From positions 352,001-416,000 of the forward strand of contig OY759729.1 in NCBI GenBank assembly GCA_963662585.1: DNA of 64,000 nt. Direction: 5' to 3'. Both the position numbers and the translations under genes were made by a program. Positions 19,932-31,473 of this stretch are shown here, one piece after another (positions within the stretch are counted from its first letter, which is position 1; each line of letters starts with the position of its first letter). The stretch is from Candidatus Cloacimonadales bacterium (GTDB taxonomy: Bacteria > Cloacimonadota > Cloacimonadia > Cloacimonadales > JAFGVF01). The notes under the pieces were generated by a model that was not told where the DNA came from, did not search any database, and saw only the letters and a list, made by a program, of their open reading frames with translations.

Positions 19932-22900
19932 TTCCCCCCATTCCTCAACTCTCTATAAGTTTCTTTTCCGATAGTAGCTTCAATTATAGCATAAAAATCT
20001 TTATTTTGGAAGAGTTTAGTAAAAGCATCAACTTGTTCCGTATAGCATTCTCGGGCGATCTCTTCAAAAAGCTTAGGAAAAATACTTTCTTGGAAGAGTT
20101 CTGCAGTATTTGCTTTAGCTTGTTTTTTTAGTCTCTTTAGTCTTTTATTATCAGCAGAGAGGATTTTATCAAACATAGTTTCCACAATAACCTTATCTCC
20201 CTCTGTGAAGATACCACCAAAACTTTGATTAACTTGTTCGATAATAGTTTCCAGTAGCTCTTTTTTTGCTTCTGGCTTAGCACCTGAAGCAACAGTTTTA
20301 GGGTTTTTGAGGAGAGAATCTACTGTATTTTCTGTTAAGGCAATCTGACCCTCAAAGGTCTTTTCTAGCTTGTAGAACTCTAACTTAATTTTATCATCTA
20401 ATTCCATTTTTTCAGATTTATTCTTGGGTAGCACTTTATTCAGGTATGATAAGAAGTTATACTCTTTTTGCAGGTTTTTATCAAACATTCTAGTAATTTG
20501 AATAATATAAGCATACCACTTAACAAAGTTTCTAACAGCTTTCTTAAATTGGAATTGTTTATCAGCATCTAAGTTATTAAAATTATGGATAATAGGCAAG
20601 AACATACTCGATATTTTACCTAAATCTGTTGCACTTTGTTTAGTATTTTTATAGAAAATATTATTGAAGTTATCAATATCTTGGTCATTAAACAGCTTCA
20701 TATTATGAATAAATATCTGAGTATCATAAATCAAGTTAACATTAATTTCTTCGTCTAAGCTAGTTTCTTCATAGTAGGGAGCAAAGGCATTTTTTATATC
20801 TTCTGCACTATTCACGAAATCCATAATAAAAGTATCAGATTTACCTTTTGTGATTCTATTAAGTCGGGAAAGTGTTTGTACAGCTTTCACGCCTGAGAGT
20901 TTCTTATCAACAAACATGGTATGTAATAGTGGCTCATCAAAACCAGTCTGATACTTTTCAGCGACGATTAAGACATGGTATTCATCACTATTGAAAGCTG
21001 AAGGTAATTGCTTTTCACTGATCTTCTCACCATTCAATTTTTTATTCAAGCCTACTTCGGTATATTCTTCATCCTTATCTTCAACGGAACCAGAAAAGGC
21101 AACCAATATTCCCAGATTCTCATATTTCTTTGCTTTAATATAATTTTTAAACTCTAGGAAATATCGAACAGCATGAAGTCTAGATGGAGTAACAACCATC
21201 GCTTTTCCTCTTCCTCCAATTTTCTTAGCTGTATTTTCTCGGAAAGTTTCAATAATAATTGCAGTTTTTTGTTGAAGATTATAGGAATGCAAAGATTCAT
21301 AGCGTTTGATAGCTTTGCGTGCTTCAGATTCTTCTAATTCAGGGTTGTCTGGAATAGATTTAGCTATTTTGTAGCAAACATCATAGGTCATGTAATTTTT
21401 CAAGACATCATGAATAAAGCCTTCCTCAATAGCCTGGCGCATGGAATAAACATGAAAAGGTTTAAAAGATCCATCTGCTTGTGCTTGACCGAAGAGTTCT
21501 AGAGTCTTTTCCTTAGGAGTAGCAGTAAAGGCAAAGAATGAAAGATTATTATGCTTACCATGGCTGATGAGTTCCTGAACGATTTTATCTTCAAAATCTT
21601 CTTTATTACTCTCATCAAGTTCTTCAATTTTGGCATATTCTGCTAAAGCTTGGTCTTTGTTAGCAAGTCCTGTTTTTAATTTCTGAGCAGAAGATCCAGT
21701 CTGGGAACTATGAGCTTCATCAACAATGATAGCAAAGCTTTTACCTACATTATCATCTAACTCTTCATAGATAACAGGGAATTTCTGTAAAGTTGTGATA
21801 ATTATCTTTTTCCCAGAGTTAATAGCATCTCTTAAGTCTTTGGAGCTTTTGTTTTCACCAATAGTCTCAACTAAGCCTGCTTTATGATCAAAAGACGAGA
21901 TAGTAGCTTGTAACTGGTCGTCTAAAACTCTTCTGTCAGTTACTACGATTACGGAAGTAAATATCTTCTTATCATCTTTATCGTGTAATCCTGCTAAACG
22001 ATAAGCCACCCAGGCGATTGAGTTAGATTTACCAGAGCCTGCACTATGCTGAATTAGGTAATTCTTGCCTGTTCCTGTCTCCTTAACATGAGATACAATC
22101 TTATTAACTACATCTAACTGGTGATAGCGAGGGAAGATTAGCTTTTGGGATTTAGAAGTTACCTCTTTTCCTTGTTTTATCTGCTTTTTTACTTCTACTT
22201 CTAAATGTATATATTTATGAATTATATTCAAGAGAGATTCTCTATTTAGAACTTTTTCCCACAGGTAAGAAGTAGCGTAGCCTTGTGGGTTCTCAGGATT
22301 ACCTGCCCCTCCTACATTTCCTGCTCCCTTAGAACCTTGGTTAAAGGGGAGGAAATAGGTGTCTTTACCCTGAAGCTTGGTCGTCATTTCAACCTCAAAG
22401 AGATCTACAGCAAAATAAACCAAGAATCTTCTATTAAGTTGAAAACAAGACTCTTTAGGATTTCTGTCATAAATATATTGAGATTTACCATTAGCAACAG
22501 TTTGTCCAGTAATCTGATTCTTAAGTTCTAAAGCAATTATAGGAATTCCATTCAAAGAAAGAACCATATCAATAGTATTCCTGTTCTGGACTGAATAAGC
22601 AAACTGTCTAATCACACTTAGATCATTCTTCGCATAATTATCCATAAGTTCAGGATTTAAAGATGATTCAGGTTTGAAATAGACTAACTTAAGATTTACT
22701 CCTCTATCACTAATCCCATTCCGCAATACATGAAGTAAACCATGAGTATTTACCTCTTCATCAAAGCGTTTATTAAGTTTTTTCTCTACCTCATTATCAT
22801 AATTCGCTTCATAGCGTTGCCATGCTTTAGCCTGAGTTGCTTTAATAAAAGTTATCAACTTAGGCAGATCTATGGCTCTGCTTTTATCATAATTTAACTG

Positions 22901-22984
22901 ATGACCTTTATTATAACCACCTTGACTAATTAGATAAGACTCTATATCTTCTTCAAACTTTTTCTCTTTATAATCAATAGACAT
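19928..22984 (-). CDS. hsdR: Type I restriction endonuclease subunit R
   Basis: D..LNGIPIIALELKN nuclease motif, PRYHQL, QHSAGSGKS, IVDEAHSSQ, FTATP, QTGFDEP, QTLSRLNR. Confidence 0.95.
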   Translation of the reverse strand: MSIDYKEKKFEEDIESYLISQGGYNKGHQLNYDKSRAIDLPKLITFIKATQAKAWQRYEANYDNEVEKKLNKRFDEEVNTHGLLHVLRNGISDRGVNLKLVYFKPESSLNPELMDNYAKNDLSVIRQFAYSVQNRNTIDMVLSLNGIPIIALELKNQITGQTVANGKSQYIYDRNPKESCFQLNRRFLVYFAVDLFEVEMTTKLQGKDTYFLPFNQGSKGAGNVGGAGNPENPQGYATSYLWEKVLNRESLLNIIHKYIHLEVEVKKQIKQGKEVTSKSQKLIFPRYHQLDVVNKIVSHVKETGTGKNYLIQHSAGSGKSNSIAWVAYRLAGLHDKDDKKIFTSVIVVTDRRVLDDQLQATISSFDHKAGLVETIGENKSSKDLRDAINSGKKIIITTLQKFPVIYEELDDNVGKSFAIIVDEAHSSQTGSSAQKLKTGLANKDQALAEYAKIEELDESNKEDFEDKIVQELISHGKHNNLSFFAFTATPKEKTLELFGQAQADGSFKPFHVYSMRQAIEEGFIHDVLKNYMTYDVCYKIAKSIPDNPELEESEARKAIKRYESLHSYNLQQKTAIIIETFRENTAKKIGGRGKAMVVTPSRLHAVRYFLEFKNYIKAKKYENLGILVAFSGSVEDKDEEYTEVGLNKKLNGEKISEKQLPSAFNSDEYHVLIVAEKYQTGFDEPLLHTMFVDKKLSGVKAVQTLSRLNRITKGKSDTFIMDFVNSAEDIKNAFAPYYEETSLDEEINVNLIYDTQIFIHNMKLFNDQDIDNFNNIFYKNTKQSATDLGKISSMFLPIIHNFNNLDADKQFQFKKAVRNFVKWYAYIIQITRMFDKNLQKEYNFLSYLNKVLPKNKSEKMELDDKIKLEFYKLEKTFEGQIALTENTVDSLLKNPKTVASGAKPEAKKELLETIIEQVNQSFGGIFTEGDKVIVETMFDKILSADNKRLKRLKKQAKANTAELFQESIFPKLFEEIARECYTEQVDAFTKLFQNKDFYAIIEATIGKETYRELRNGGK

Positions 22985-22987
22985 AAA

Positions 22988-24223
22988 TTATACCTCTCTT
23001 TTTCCGGTAACTACTTCGTAGATTAAGGACTTTTTGTAAGATTCTAATTCAGTGATCAATAAGTATTTTGTTTTTATGATGTTTGATACCATTAACAATT
23101 TATTATTTAAGTATCTAACTATTCTACATTGCATGTCATTCGGTGGTATACTCACAATTATTTGATTTAATTCATCTTGATTAATTTTTGGCATTTTTAC
23201 TCTATTATCGTTAATAGTTACTTGAGTTAAAAAAGCATGAGATAGCATATAATATTTTAGAAACTCTGTATTTATTGTTGTTTCTATAGGATACATGTCA
23301 GCACTACACAAGCCATCAAAAGGTGCAATAACAACTTTATTAAGTTTTGGTCTAACTTTAGAATAAATGATTTGTCCCTTATAAAACAGGTGATTACTAC
23401 TAACAACTCCAATTTCTTGTACTGTATCACAGTCCATTAAAATTCCAGTATTTTTCTCTATTTTATCTGGTGATAATTGTTTGTATGTGCTATAATTTTC
23501 TGGATTAACTAGATTAGACATAATAGTAGCAATTCTTTTGAAAGGTAATAATCTCGATCCCTCCGGTATCTCTCCAATCCATTCAATCCCAGAGTCTTTC
23601 ATCTTAACATTTTTATCAAGTCCTTTGGTAACAACCTCAGTAATTAGAGATTGTTTATAAGCCTTGTATTCTTCGATAGTTTCTTTAGTCTTCTCTATCA
23701 GATAATCAATTTGAGAAACTTTTTTATCGAGGTAGTTGGCGATGCGAGATTGTTCTTTTGTAGGTGGAATTGGTACCAGGTTATTATCAACTTGTCTTAC
23801 AGTTATTTGAGGGATGGCAGTTTGATCAAACTCAAACCAATGATCTTTTAGACCACAGCTACAATAAAATAAGAACTTATGATGTATTCCCTTAATCTTA
23901 CTATATATGGTAGTTTGGGTACTAGTGGCTAACTTATCTTTTACTATAGTAATAAAACCTATAGAGTTACCTCTAGCTGGTATAACAAAATCATTTTCAT
24001 TTAAGATGACAGAAGAATTTGTTACATATCCAAAAATTCTATTAGAGTTTGTAGCACTATAAACAGGTATTGCGTTTTCATAATGGTCTTCAGAAATGAG
24101 GTCTTCTTTTAAAATAGTTGCGCCCATACCACTTTGTGCAAAACGTTTATACTTTAGTAATCCCCACTCCTCTGGAATCTCTCCAATCCAATCAATCCCA
24201 CTATCTTTCATCTTCCTTGCCAT
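22988..24223 (-). CDS. hsdS: Type I R-M specificity subunit S
   Basis: Two copies of KMKDSGI(D/E)WIGEIPE, PIPP..EQ..I..YL and SLI.EVVT conserved regions around two TRDs. Confidence 0.95.
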   Translation of the reverse strand: MARKMKDSGIDWIGEIPEEWGLLKYKRFAQSGMGATILKEDLISEDHYENAIPVYSATNSNRIFGYVTNSSVILNENDFVIPARGNSIGFITIVKDKLATSTQTTIYSKIKGIHHKFLFYCSCGLKDHWFEFDQTAIPQITVRQVDNNLVPIPPTKEQSRIANYLDKKVSQIDYLIEKTKETIEEYKAYKQSLITEVVTKGLDKNVKMKDSGIEWIGEIPEGSRLLPFKRIATIMSNLVNPENYSTYKQLSPDKIEKNTGILMDCDTVQEIGVVSSNHLFYKGQIIYSKVRPKLNKVVIAPFDGLCSADMYPIETTINTEFLKYYMLSHAFLTQVTINDNRVKMPKINQDELNQIIVSIPPNDMQCRIVRYLNNKLLMVSNIIKTKYLLITELESYKKSLIYEVVTGKREV

Positions 24224-26043
24224 TATTGACCATCCTCATCAAAGAGGGTCTTGAGAGAAGCCATTAATTCTGTTTCGAGCGAAACAATACGAGAAGCAAT
24301 TTGGTCAGCAGCTTCCGGAGCTACATATTTATAGAAGTGACGAGTAAAGGGGATTTCATATCCGACTTTAGTTTTCTTAAAATCTACCCAAGCATGGGGA
24401 TTAAAGGGAAGGACTTCTTTAGCAAAGTATTCTTTGATTGTTTCTTTTTCTGTTTTTTCCTTAATCATAGGGACATTTTCCGTATCTCTCTTGCTGGTAT
24501 CAGCTTGAGGCTTTTTATTTTTGAGAATTATTTTACCTGACTCATCAAGCTGAGGAGATTCAACGACTATTTTATAGTAACCAAATTCTTCATTGGCAAA
24601 TATCTTTGATTCAAGTTTCGTACCATCAGCAAATTCTTGTAGTCCATTTTGAAAGGTACCATAGGCTTTGACTATTTCGTTACGGCATTCATCAACTATA
24701 TCTACGCGTTTGTTACCTATTGATTTACGGCGTTTTTGGTACATTTGGGAAGCATCAATAAGTTGGATTTTTCCAGCTCTGTGAGCAGGCTTGCTCTTAG
24801 AGATAATCCAAAGATAAGTGCTAATGCCAGTATTATAAAAAACATCATTAGGTAATTGGATAATAACTTCTAGCATATCTCTTTCTATAATGTAACGACG
24901 AATTTCAGAAGTACCTGAACCAGCGTCCCCAGTAAAAAGGGGAGAACCATTATGGATGATAGCCATTTTACCTGTTGATTTTAGTTTTTTGATTCCGTTA
25001 AGAGTAAAAAGCATTTGACCATCGGAGATTTTAGGTAATCCTGGAGCAAATCTGCCAATTTCACCTTTTTTATGCTCAGCTGTTACACTTTTTTGAGAAG
25101 ACTTCCAATCTCTTCCAAAGGGAGGATTAGAGATTATATAATCAAACTCATAGCCAGAGAATTGGTCATTAGCTAGGGTATCACCCAATTTCATATTATC
25201 AGCATTGCGTCCTTTAATCAGGGTATCAGCTTTGGCAATAGAATAAGTTTCATGATTTATCTCTTGTCCAAAAGAGGTTATTTCAGCATCAGCATCTAAT
25301 TCTTGCAATCTCTCTTCCATACATGTAAGCATCTGACTGGTTCCCATCGCCATATCATAAACAGTCTTTACCACACCCTCTTTGCTTAGTGTCTCTTGAT
25401 CTTCAGCCAAGAGCAAATCTGTCATAGTGTAGATAATATCACGACTTGTAAAGTGCTGTCCGGCATCCTCATCATAACTTTCAGAAAACTTTCTAATTAA
25501 CTCTTCAAAAACATAACCCATATCTACAGTAGTTATTTTATCAATTCCCAGATAGGATTCCGGCTTATTAAACTCTTGAATAACATAGAAGAGTTTATCT
25601 TCATCTTTAGTGGAACCAATTAAGCGCTTTAGATTGGACATAAAATCAAAGTTTTCCATAATATCCTGCACATTCTCGGAAAAGCCTGCTAAAAAGAGTT
25701 TGAAGTTTTCTTCGATATTATCAGAATCATTTAAAAGAGTTTCAAAAGTAAAAGGACTTGTATTATAGAAGCCATAACCTGAAGCTGTTTCCAAGAATCC
25801 TTTCTGAATTGACAAGTGTTTAATCTCTTTATATTTGGCTAATACTTGATCTTTAGTAGGTAAAAGTGTATCATTAAGTCTTTTTAAGAGGGTGAAAGGT
25901 AGGATTATTAAACCATATTGGTGAGGCTTAAAAGTACCCTGAATAATATCTGCTATATTCCAGATCATATTAGCTTTTTGTTGTATATTTATTGAAGTTT
26001 GCTTCTGCAATTCATTCATTTCTTGCTCCTTATAGTTCAACAT
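24223..26043 (-). CDS. hsdM: Type I R-M N6-adenine methyltransferase subunit M
   Basis: AGQHFTSRD, YDMAMGT, SNPPFG, GSPLF.GDAGSG.SEIR, FYNTGI.TY, VGYEIPFTRHFY. Confidence 0.95.
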   Translation of the reverse strand: MLNYKEQEMNELQKQTSINIQQKANMIWNIADIIQGTFKPHQYGLIILPFTLLKRLNDTLLPTKDQVLAKYKEIKHLSIQKGFLETASGYGFYNTSPFTFETLLNDSDNIEENFKLFLAGFSENVQDIMENFDFMSNLKRLIGSTKDEDKLFYVIQEFNKPESYLGIDKITTVDMGYVFEELIRKFSESYDEDAGQHFTSRDIIYTMTDLLLAEDQETLSKEGVVKTVYDMAMGTSQMLTCMEERLQELDADAEITSFGQEINHETYSIAKADTLIKGRNADNMKLGDTLANDQFSGYEFDYIISNPPFGRDWKSSQKSVTAEHKKGEIGRFAPGLPKISDGQMLFTLNGIKKLKSTGKMAIIHNGSPLFTGDAGSGTSEIRRYIIERDMLEVIIQLPNDVFYNTGISTYLWIISKSKPAHRAGKIQLIDASQMYQKRRKSIGNKRVDIVDECRNEIVKAYGTFQNGLQEFADGTKLESKIFANEEFGYYKIVVESPQLDESGKIILKNKKPQADTSKRDTENVPMIKEKTEKETIKEYFAKEVLPFNPHAWVDFKKTKVGYEIPFTRHFYKYVAPEAADQIASRIVSLETELMASLKTLFDEDGQ

Positions 26044-26270
26044 TATCTTTAAAAGTGATAATATTTACTTCTATTTTATGATTTTGAGATATAATTTTAA
26101 TGATGCTTAATTCCATTTTTATTACTATATATCAATCTATTCTCTAAAATCTATAAGCTGATTTAATCAGTCAAGATAAATATGAAATTGTTTTATTTGT
26201 GGTGTATTTCCCTAAAATAGCATCATCCCTTATGTCTATTCCTTTTTTGTTGAGGCGTATTGCATAGGCA

Positions 26271-26821
26271 ATCTAAGAAAAACACTCCGTCTGCTTCCTA
26301 GCCACCCATTGTAGGGGGTTCGCACCTACGGAGCGATTTTTTTGGGGGTGTGGCCTTTATGCTACCAAGAAATAGCTCCTATGGAGCTAGAAATTAGCAC
26401 TCCAGCTTTCAGCACTAAAGAGGGGAGTTTAAGATTCACGGACTAAAGGTCCGTAACCCCAGTTAATCACTAAAGAGGGGAGTTAAAAGTGTGATAATCC
26501 CTCTTCTGCCGGATTGCATGCACCCTTGCATGCGAAAAACCTTATAAAAATCTAATGTTATCTTATTATCTAATATGGAAGCAGAGACGCTTCCACTCCA
26601 TAGAAGAAAACACACCCTGTCTGCTTCGCAAGTGAAGTATGACGGGAGTTGCTCACGGAGTAGCGACTTCCGACAACTTTCAACTACCACCACTCACCTT
26701 CGTGAATGGTGGTGATGGCTGGAATCCCGCGTTCCCAGTTAGGAAGAAAACACCCCCTGTGTCCCCCTCACGGAGGGGGATTTATAAACATCCTGTCGCA
26801 TGCAATCCGGCAGAAGAGGTC
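26271..26821. repeat. Mosaic cluster of REP-like hairpin repeats (right)
   Basis: 26408-26756 is a near-identical direct copy of 18137-18493; begins ATCTAAGAAAAACAC like the left cluster; ends in an inverted copy of the CCTCTTCTGCCGGATTGCATGC module. Confidence 0.85.
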
Positions 26822-27129
26822 ACAAGTTCTTAGTTTTTAATCCATCTTCACTAGTCTTCCCTTGCTCCCCAACTGCCATATCCTATAAATTTCGAATACT
26901 TTTTGAGTTGATTGAGAAGGAGGAAGGGATATCTACCTAGAGACTGGCGAAAATCCTCTATTAAATGGTTAAAATTGACTTCACCAACTATTTCTGACAG
27001 GAAAAATGAAAATAAATGACTAGTCTATTTTTCTCTTGACACTAAAATGCAGAAATTCGCTTATAATATAAGAAATATTTATTTAAAATATTAATACTTA
27101 CTAACCATAAAAATTATAGTGGAGAATCT

Positions 27130-30033
27130 ATGAAAAAGGTACTGATTATAGCATTAACACTCATTATTACTTGTTCAATTTTTGCTAATGAGAAAAGAGA
27201 ATTTAGGTTTATTGAAGAGTTATATCAAAGGGATAATTTAGATTTTGCTCAGCAAGAAATAGAAAGGTTTAAAGCGAAATATCCCAATAGTGAATTTTAT
27301 TTAAAGGCTGATTATTACGAAGCAATGATTGCTTTCTTGCAGAATAACTTTGGGGAAGCAGATAGTAAGTTACTAAAATTAGAAAATAACAGTGATCAAG
27401 AGATCAAGCCTTTAGTAATTCTTGCTTTGATCCAAACAAAATTCTTTTTAGATGATTTTGTAGAGTCTGAGAAATATGCAGATTCTTTCTTGACTAATTA
27501 TTCAAATCATAGCAGTCGAGGCGAAGCCTATTATTGGAAAGGTAGAATTGCTCTTGAGAGAGATAATCTTGAGCTAGCAGAAGCAAATCTTAACAAGGCT
27601 AATGAAACTGAGCACTCTTCGATGATTAATTATTTGAGTTTTCAAATTAAACTTAAACAGAATAAAATCGCTCAAGCTAAAAGTGTTTTAGATTCCACTT
27701 ACAGAGCTTATGAGGATGAATTTACTAATCAGATAGTATTAGAATGGTTTGATTATCTTTACCAGAAATTAGATTATAAGGGAATTATCAAAGATGTAAA
27801 TTATCAAATACCAGAATATTCCCGACTTCATAGTGATTATGCCATAATTATTGGTCAAGCATACTATCAGTTAAAAAGATATGATGAAGCCCTTAGTGTT
27901 TTAAAAACAGTGCAACCAACTACAGATATTAAGCAGTTTCATATTGCTTTAGCCTACAAGGCCAAGGGTGATACCAAACTAGCTAATACTCTCTTTTCCG
28001 AATTAGCTAATTCATCTAAGATTGCTAAAATCCAAGAATTGAGTTTCTTTGAAATGATTAATTCTTCGATTGCTGTACCTCAGGGTAGCCAAGCAGAACA
28101 AGAGAGAATTAGAAATTCTAACTTACAGTATGAAAGTAGATTAACAGATTTTATTAAAGATAATCCTAATAGTAAATACCTAGGAAATGCTTATTACCTA
28201 AAAGGCTTTATCTATTACCTTAATGAAAATTATGAACCTGCCTTAGAATACTTCTTACAAGCTAATAATAGCACAATAGATAGTGACACAACTGAAAAGT
28301 TGCTTTTCTTGATTGGTGACATTTATTTTTTAACTACCCAGAAAAATAAAGCCATTTCCCTCTTTAACTACTATAAAGAACTTTACCCTAATGGACGCTA
28401 CTATGATGAAGTACTCTACAAAATAGGCTTAACCTACTTTGATTCTGGTGTATTTAGTGATTCAAACTCTACCCTATTAGAACTCTCAAAGAAATTCCCA
28501 AACTATAAACACATCTCTACTGTTTACTTCTATCTAGGTGAAATCAATACTATAAATAACAATTTGGAAGTTGCTTTAGATTGGTTCCAAATGTCTTTGC
28601 CTAAATCTACAGATCAAATGTCTGTTTGGATGAGAATAGCCGAAGTTAACTACCTGCTAGGTCAATGGCAAACTGCCTTCTCAGCCCTGGGTAATATCCC
28701 TGAAAGCCCACTTTATGACTTCCGAGTTAACTTAATCAAGGGTAATATCTACTACAATCTTAAAGATTATGATAAAGCAATTGAGCATTATAATATATCC
28801 TCAAACCAAGCAGTATCCTCAGAAGATGTATCTTTAATTACCAGTAGATTAGGTTGGACCTACTACCTCAAAGGTGATTTTGCCCAAGCTGAAAGAGCTT
28901 TTAGATCCTTATCTAACTTCTCAACTACTTCTGAAGATTACCTTATATTAGCAGGAAACTCTGCTCTCAACGGAAAACGCTTTAATGATGCCATTACCCT
29001 CTTTAAAGAGTTTATTCTCACCTACCCGATTAGTACTAAAACAAATTATGTAAAACTTAATTTAGGAGACTCATATTACAACCTGAAACAGTATAAAACA
29101 GCCTTTGATACTTATGCTGAAATTCTAGATAATAATCCTGATGGCAAAGAGCTTAAAAATGCCCTTCTAGGAATAAAATGGACTGTTCTTAACCACAAAG
29201 AGAGAGATTATCGTTCCGACTTAGCAACCTTAGCAAATAAAATCAAAGATAAAAGAATTTCTCAAACTCTTACCCAAATTACCTTACTTTATGAAAATGA
29301 AACCGAAAAGTGGGATGATGTGATAAAAACTGCTGAAGCACTGCTTAATAATTACCCCCAAGATAGTCAGAATAAAGTTATAAATCAAACCCTTGCCCTT
29401 GCTTACACAAATAAGAATCAATTTGAAAAAGCTGATTCTCTCTATGCAAACTTAACTCAATGGCATAAAGATGCAGAGCTCTTCTCAGCTTGGTCCAATG
29501 CCTTCTTATCACGAAAAGATACAACTAAAGCAATTAAAGTTTTGGATGATGCTCTTAAAATTTCTAATGAAATGGATATCTGGTTCAAAAGCTTAGAGCT
29601 AAAAGTAGAAACAAACTCTCCTTCTTTTGAAGCTTCTTATCAGAATTTCCTGACAATTGCCCAAGGAATTTCCAAAGACTATGGTCAGCTTCTCTATAAT
29701 GAGTGGAAGTTAAAGAATAAGCAAAAACCAGATTTGGATTACCTAAATATCCAAGCAGACTCACCAGATGATAGAATTGCTAGTCTAGCCTTTTATCTTA
29801 TCGGACTCAATAGCTTCACCCAAAAAGACTATGAAGCATGTGCCCTAAATATGATGAGAGTAACCTATCTTTTCCCTGATTTCAAAGAGCTAACCTATAA
29901 AGCAAGTTACTATCTTATTCTCTCCCAACACTACTTAGGAAATAAAGATAAGGCTCAACAAAACTTTGATTTATACCATAACTCACTTGCGAAATGGCAA
30001 ACTAATTACCTTCGTAACAAGCTCTTTAAGTAG
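27130..30033 (+). CDS. Large secreted/periplasmic TPR protein
   Basis: Signal peptide, many TPR units (AYYWKG, AYYLKG, VLYKIG, VYFYLG); GGAG RBS. Confidence 0.85.
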   Translation: MKKVLIIALTLIITCSIFANEKREFRFIEELYQRDNLDFAQQEIERFKAKYPNSEFYLKADYYEAMIAFLQNNFGEADSKLLKLENNSDQEIKPLVILALIQTKFFLDDFVESEKYADSFLTNYSNHSSRGEAYYWKGRIALERDNLELAEANLNKANETEHSSMINYLSFQIKLKQNKIAQAKSVLDSTYRAYEDEFTNQIVLEWFDYLYQKLDYKGIIKDVNYQIPEYSRLHSDYAIIIGQAYYQLKRYDEALSVLKTVQPTTDIKQFHIALAYKAKGDTKLANTLFSELANSSKIAKIQELSFFEMINSSIAVPQGSQAEQERIRNSNLQYESRLTDFIKDNPNSKYLGNAYYLKGFIYYLNENYEPALEYFLQANNSTIDSDTTEKLLFLIGDIYFLTTQKNKAISLFNYYKELYPNGRYYDEVLYKIGLTYFDSGVFSDSNSTLLELSKKFPNYKHISTVYFYLGEINTINNNLEVALDWFQMSLPKSTDQMSVWMRIAEVNYLLGQWQTAFSALGNIPESPLYDFRVNLIKGNIYYNLKDYDKAIEHYNISSNQAVSSEDVSLITSRLGWTYYLKGDFAQAERAFRSLSNFSTTSEDYLILAGNSALNGKRFNDAITLFKEFILTYPISTKTNYVKLNLGDSYYNLKQYKTAFDTYAEILDNNPDGKELKNALLGIKWTVLNHKERDYRSDLATLANKIKDKRISQTLTQITLLYENETEKWDDVIKTAEALLNNYPQDSQNKVINQTLALAYTNKNQFEKADSLYANLTQWHKDAELFSAWSNAFLSRKDTTKAIKVLDDALKISNEMDIWFKSLELKVETNSPSFEASYQNFLTIAQGISKDYGQLLYNEWKLKNKQKPDLDYLNIQADSPDDRIASLAFYLIGLNSFTQKDYEACALNMMRVTYLFPDFKELTYKASYYLILSQHYLGNKDKAQQNFDLYHNSLAKWQTNYLRNKLFK

Positions 30034-30036
30034 GCC

Positions 30037-31473
30037 ATGATGAAATATCTACTAATAATCCTTATAAGCCTTATTTCTCTTGCAGTTCCAGCTCAAGATA
30101 TTCTCGAAAGTGAAAGAGAACCAATTGTTGTTGAGACAAAGGCTGACCTTCAGACAGAACTGGAACTCCTACCTATCAAATACCAGAGAGATGAGAAACC
30201 TGATTCCTTGCAGAAGTTCAACTACTCCTATCATGGCAGACCTCTCAAAAGTGATTTTATGCTATTTCCAGAAGGCCATTTAACTAATTATCTAAATCTA
30301 AGTAGTGGAAGTCATGATCTCTTTGGAGTAAGAAATGCCCTTTTCATTAAAAACTATAGCCTTAAGCTCGATTATCTCTATAGACAAGATGAAGGTGATA
30401 GAAAAGTTAATAGCTTCTCAATGCAGAACAAGCTAAGATTTAAGCAGACTTCCCTTGCTCTCTCTGCTGATTACTTGGATAGCAAAAAAGAAACTAATAC
30501 CCAAACTTCCAACAATAAAAGCAAAAATATAGCTCTCACCTACTCTATTAAAAACTCTGAGCTTAAGTATATTAATAAATTCTCAGTAAAAGGTCAGTTT
30601 GAACGAAACTCTCCTTCACTTACGCAAGACCAAGAAAACTACTGGAATATCTTTTCAGAATTGGAAGTTCAACCCCTAAATAATATATTTACTAATCTTA
30701 AATATTCCAATAACCATAAAGATTCCAAGGCTCAAATTCAACTCTTTTATCAGAATTACACAGGATTTGGCTTATGGAGTGGACTCACTAAAGATAAAGC
30801 AGTTATAGCCCCTTATCTTAAGCTCTACCTAAATTTTAGTAACTTTACCTTCAAACTTACTAATAGGCCTTATACTGAAGAGAAAAGCTTTGTTGAAGAA
30901 TATAAAAAGCATCCTTATGGAAATTATTCTCAAGAGAAAACAGATTTCTTTGTCCCTGGAAATGCTAATGCAGAAATCTCTTATTTCAACTTCCTAACTT
31001 GGTCTATCGGTTCCAACTATAAATATGCCCTAGATGCCCCTATCTACCGTTTAGGAAGCTTTGGCCAAGGAATCTATAATGATAGCTACTGGGAAACTTC
31101 TCACTATGCTAAAGCCTCTTACCAAAACAAAAAGATTAATCTCTCTACTAAAGGTGAAATTATTAACCATAATGATATGAACACTCACTTCCTTCCCTTT
31201 AGACCTGAATTAAGAATATCTAACTCAGCTTCCTTAAATTTAAAGAAATTTCTATTTGCTTTAGATTATATTTTCGAGACCAAAGCTCGCGATGACTATA
31301 ATGATCCACTGCAAGATTCTCATATTCTCAATGCTCAAGCTAATTATCAAATAAATAATAATATTTCTTTATGGTCTGAATTTACTAATTTACTCGATAA
31401 AAATAGTAATAATTACTTTCAAGATCAGATAAATCAAAGAGAATTTAAGGCTGGAATAAAATTATTTTTCTAA
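30037..31473 (+). CDS. Outer-membrane beta-barrel protein (TonB-dependent receptor-like C-terminus)
   Basis: Signal peptide, amphipathic beta pattern, NLLDK and REFKAGIKLFF C-terminal aromatic strand; paired with the TPR gene. Confidence 0.7.
   Translation: MMKYLLIILISLISLAVPAQDILESEREPIVVETKADLQTELELLPIKYQRDEKPDSLQKFNYSYHGRPLKSDFMLFPEGHLTNYLNLSSGSHDLFGVRNALFIKNYSLKLDYLYRQDEGDRKVNSFSMQNKLRFKQTSLALSADYLDSKKETNTQTSNNKSKNIALTYSIKNSELKYINKFSVKGQFERNSPSLTQDQENYWNIFSELEVQPLNNIFTNLKYSNNHKDSKAQIQLFYQNYTGFGLWSGLTKDKAVIAPYLKLYLNFSNFTFKLTNRPYTEEKSFVEEYKKHPYGNYSQEKTDFFVPGNANAEISYFNFLTWSIGSNYKYALDAPIYRLGSFGQGIYNDSYWETSHYAKASYQNKKINLSTKGEIINHNDMNTHFLPFRPELRISNSASLNLKKFLFALDYIFETKARDDYNDPLQDSHILNAQANYQINNNISLWSEFTNLLDKNSNNYFQDQINQREFKAGIKLFF

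Noticed and set aside
27036..27067. TTGACA..TATAAT promoter for the TPR gene
   Set aside because: The spacer is 20 nt, too long to call as a canonical sigma70 promoter from sequence alone.
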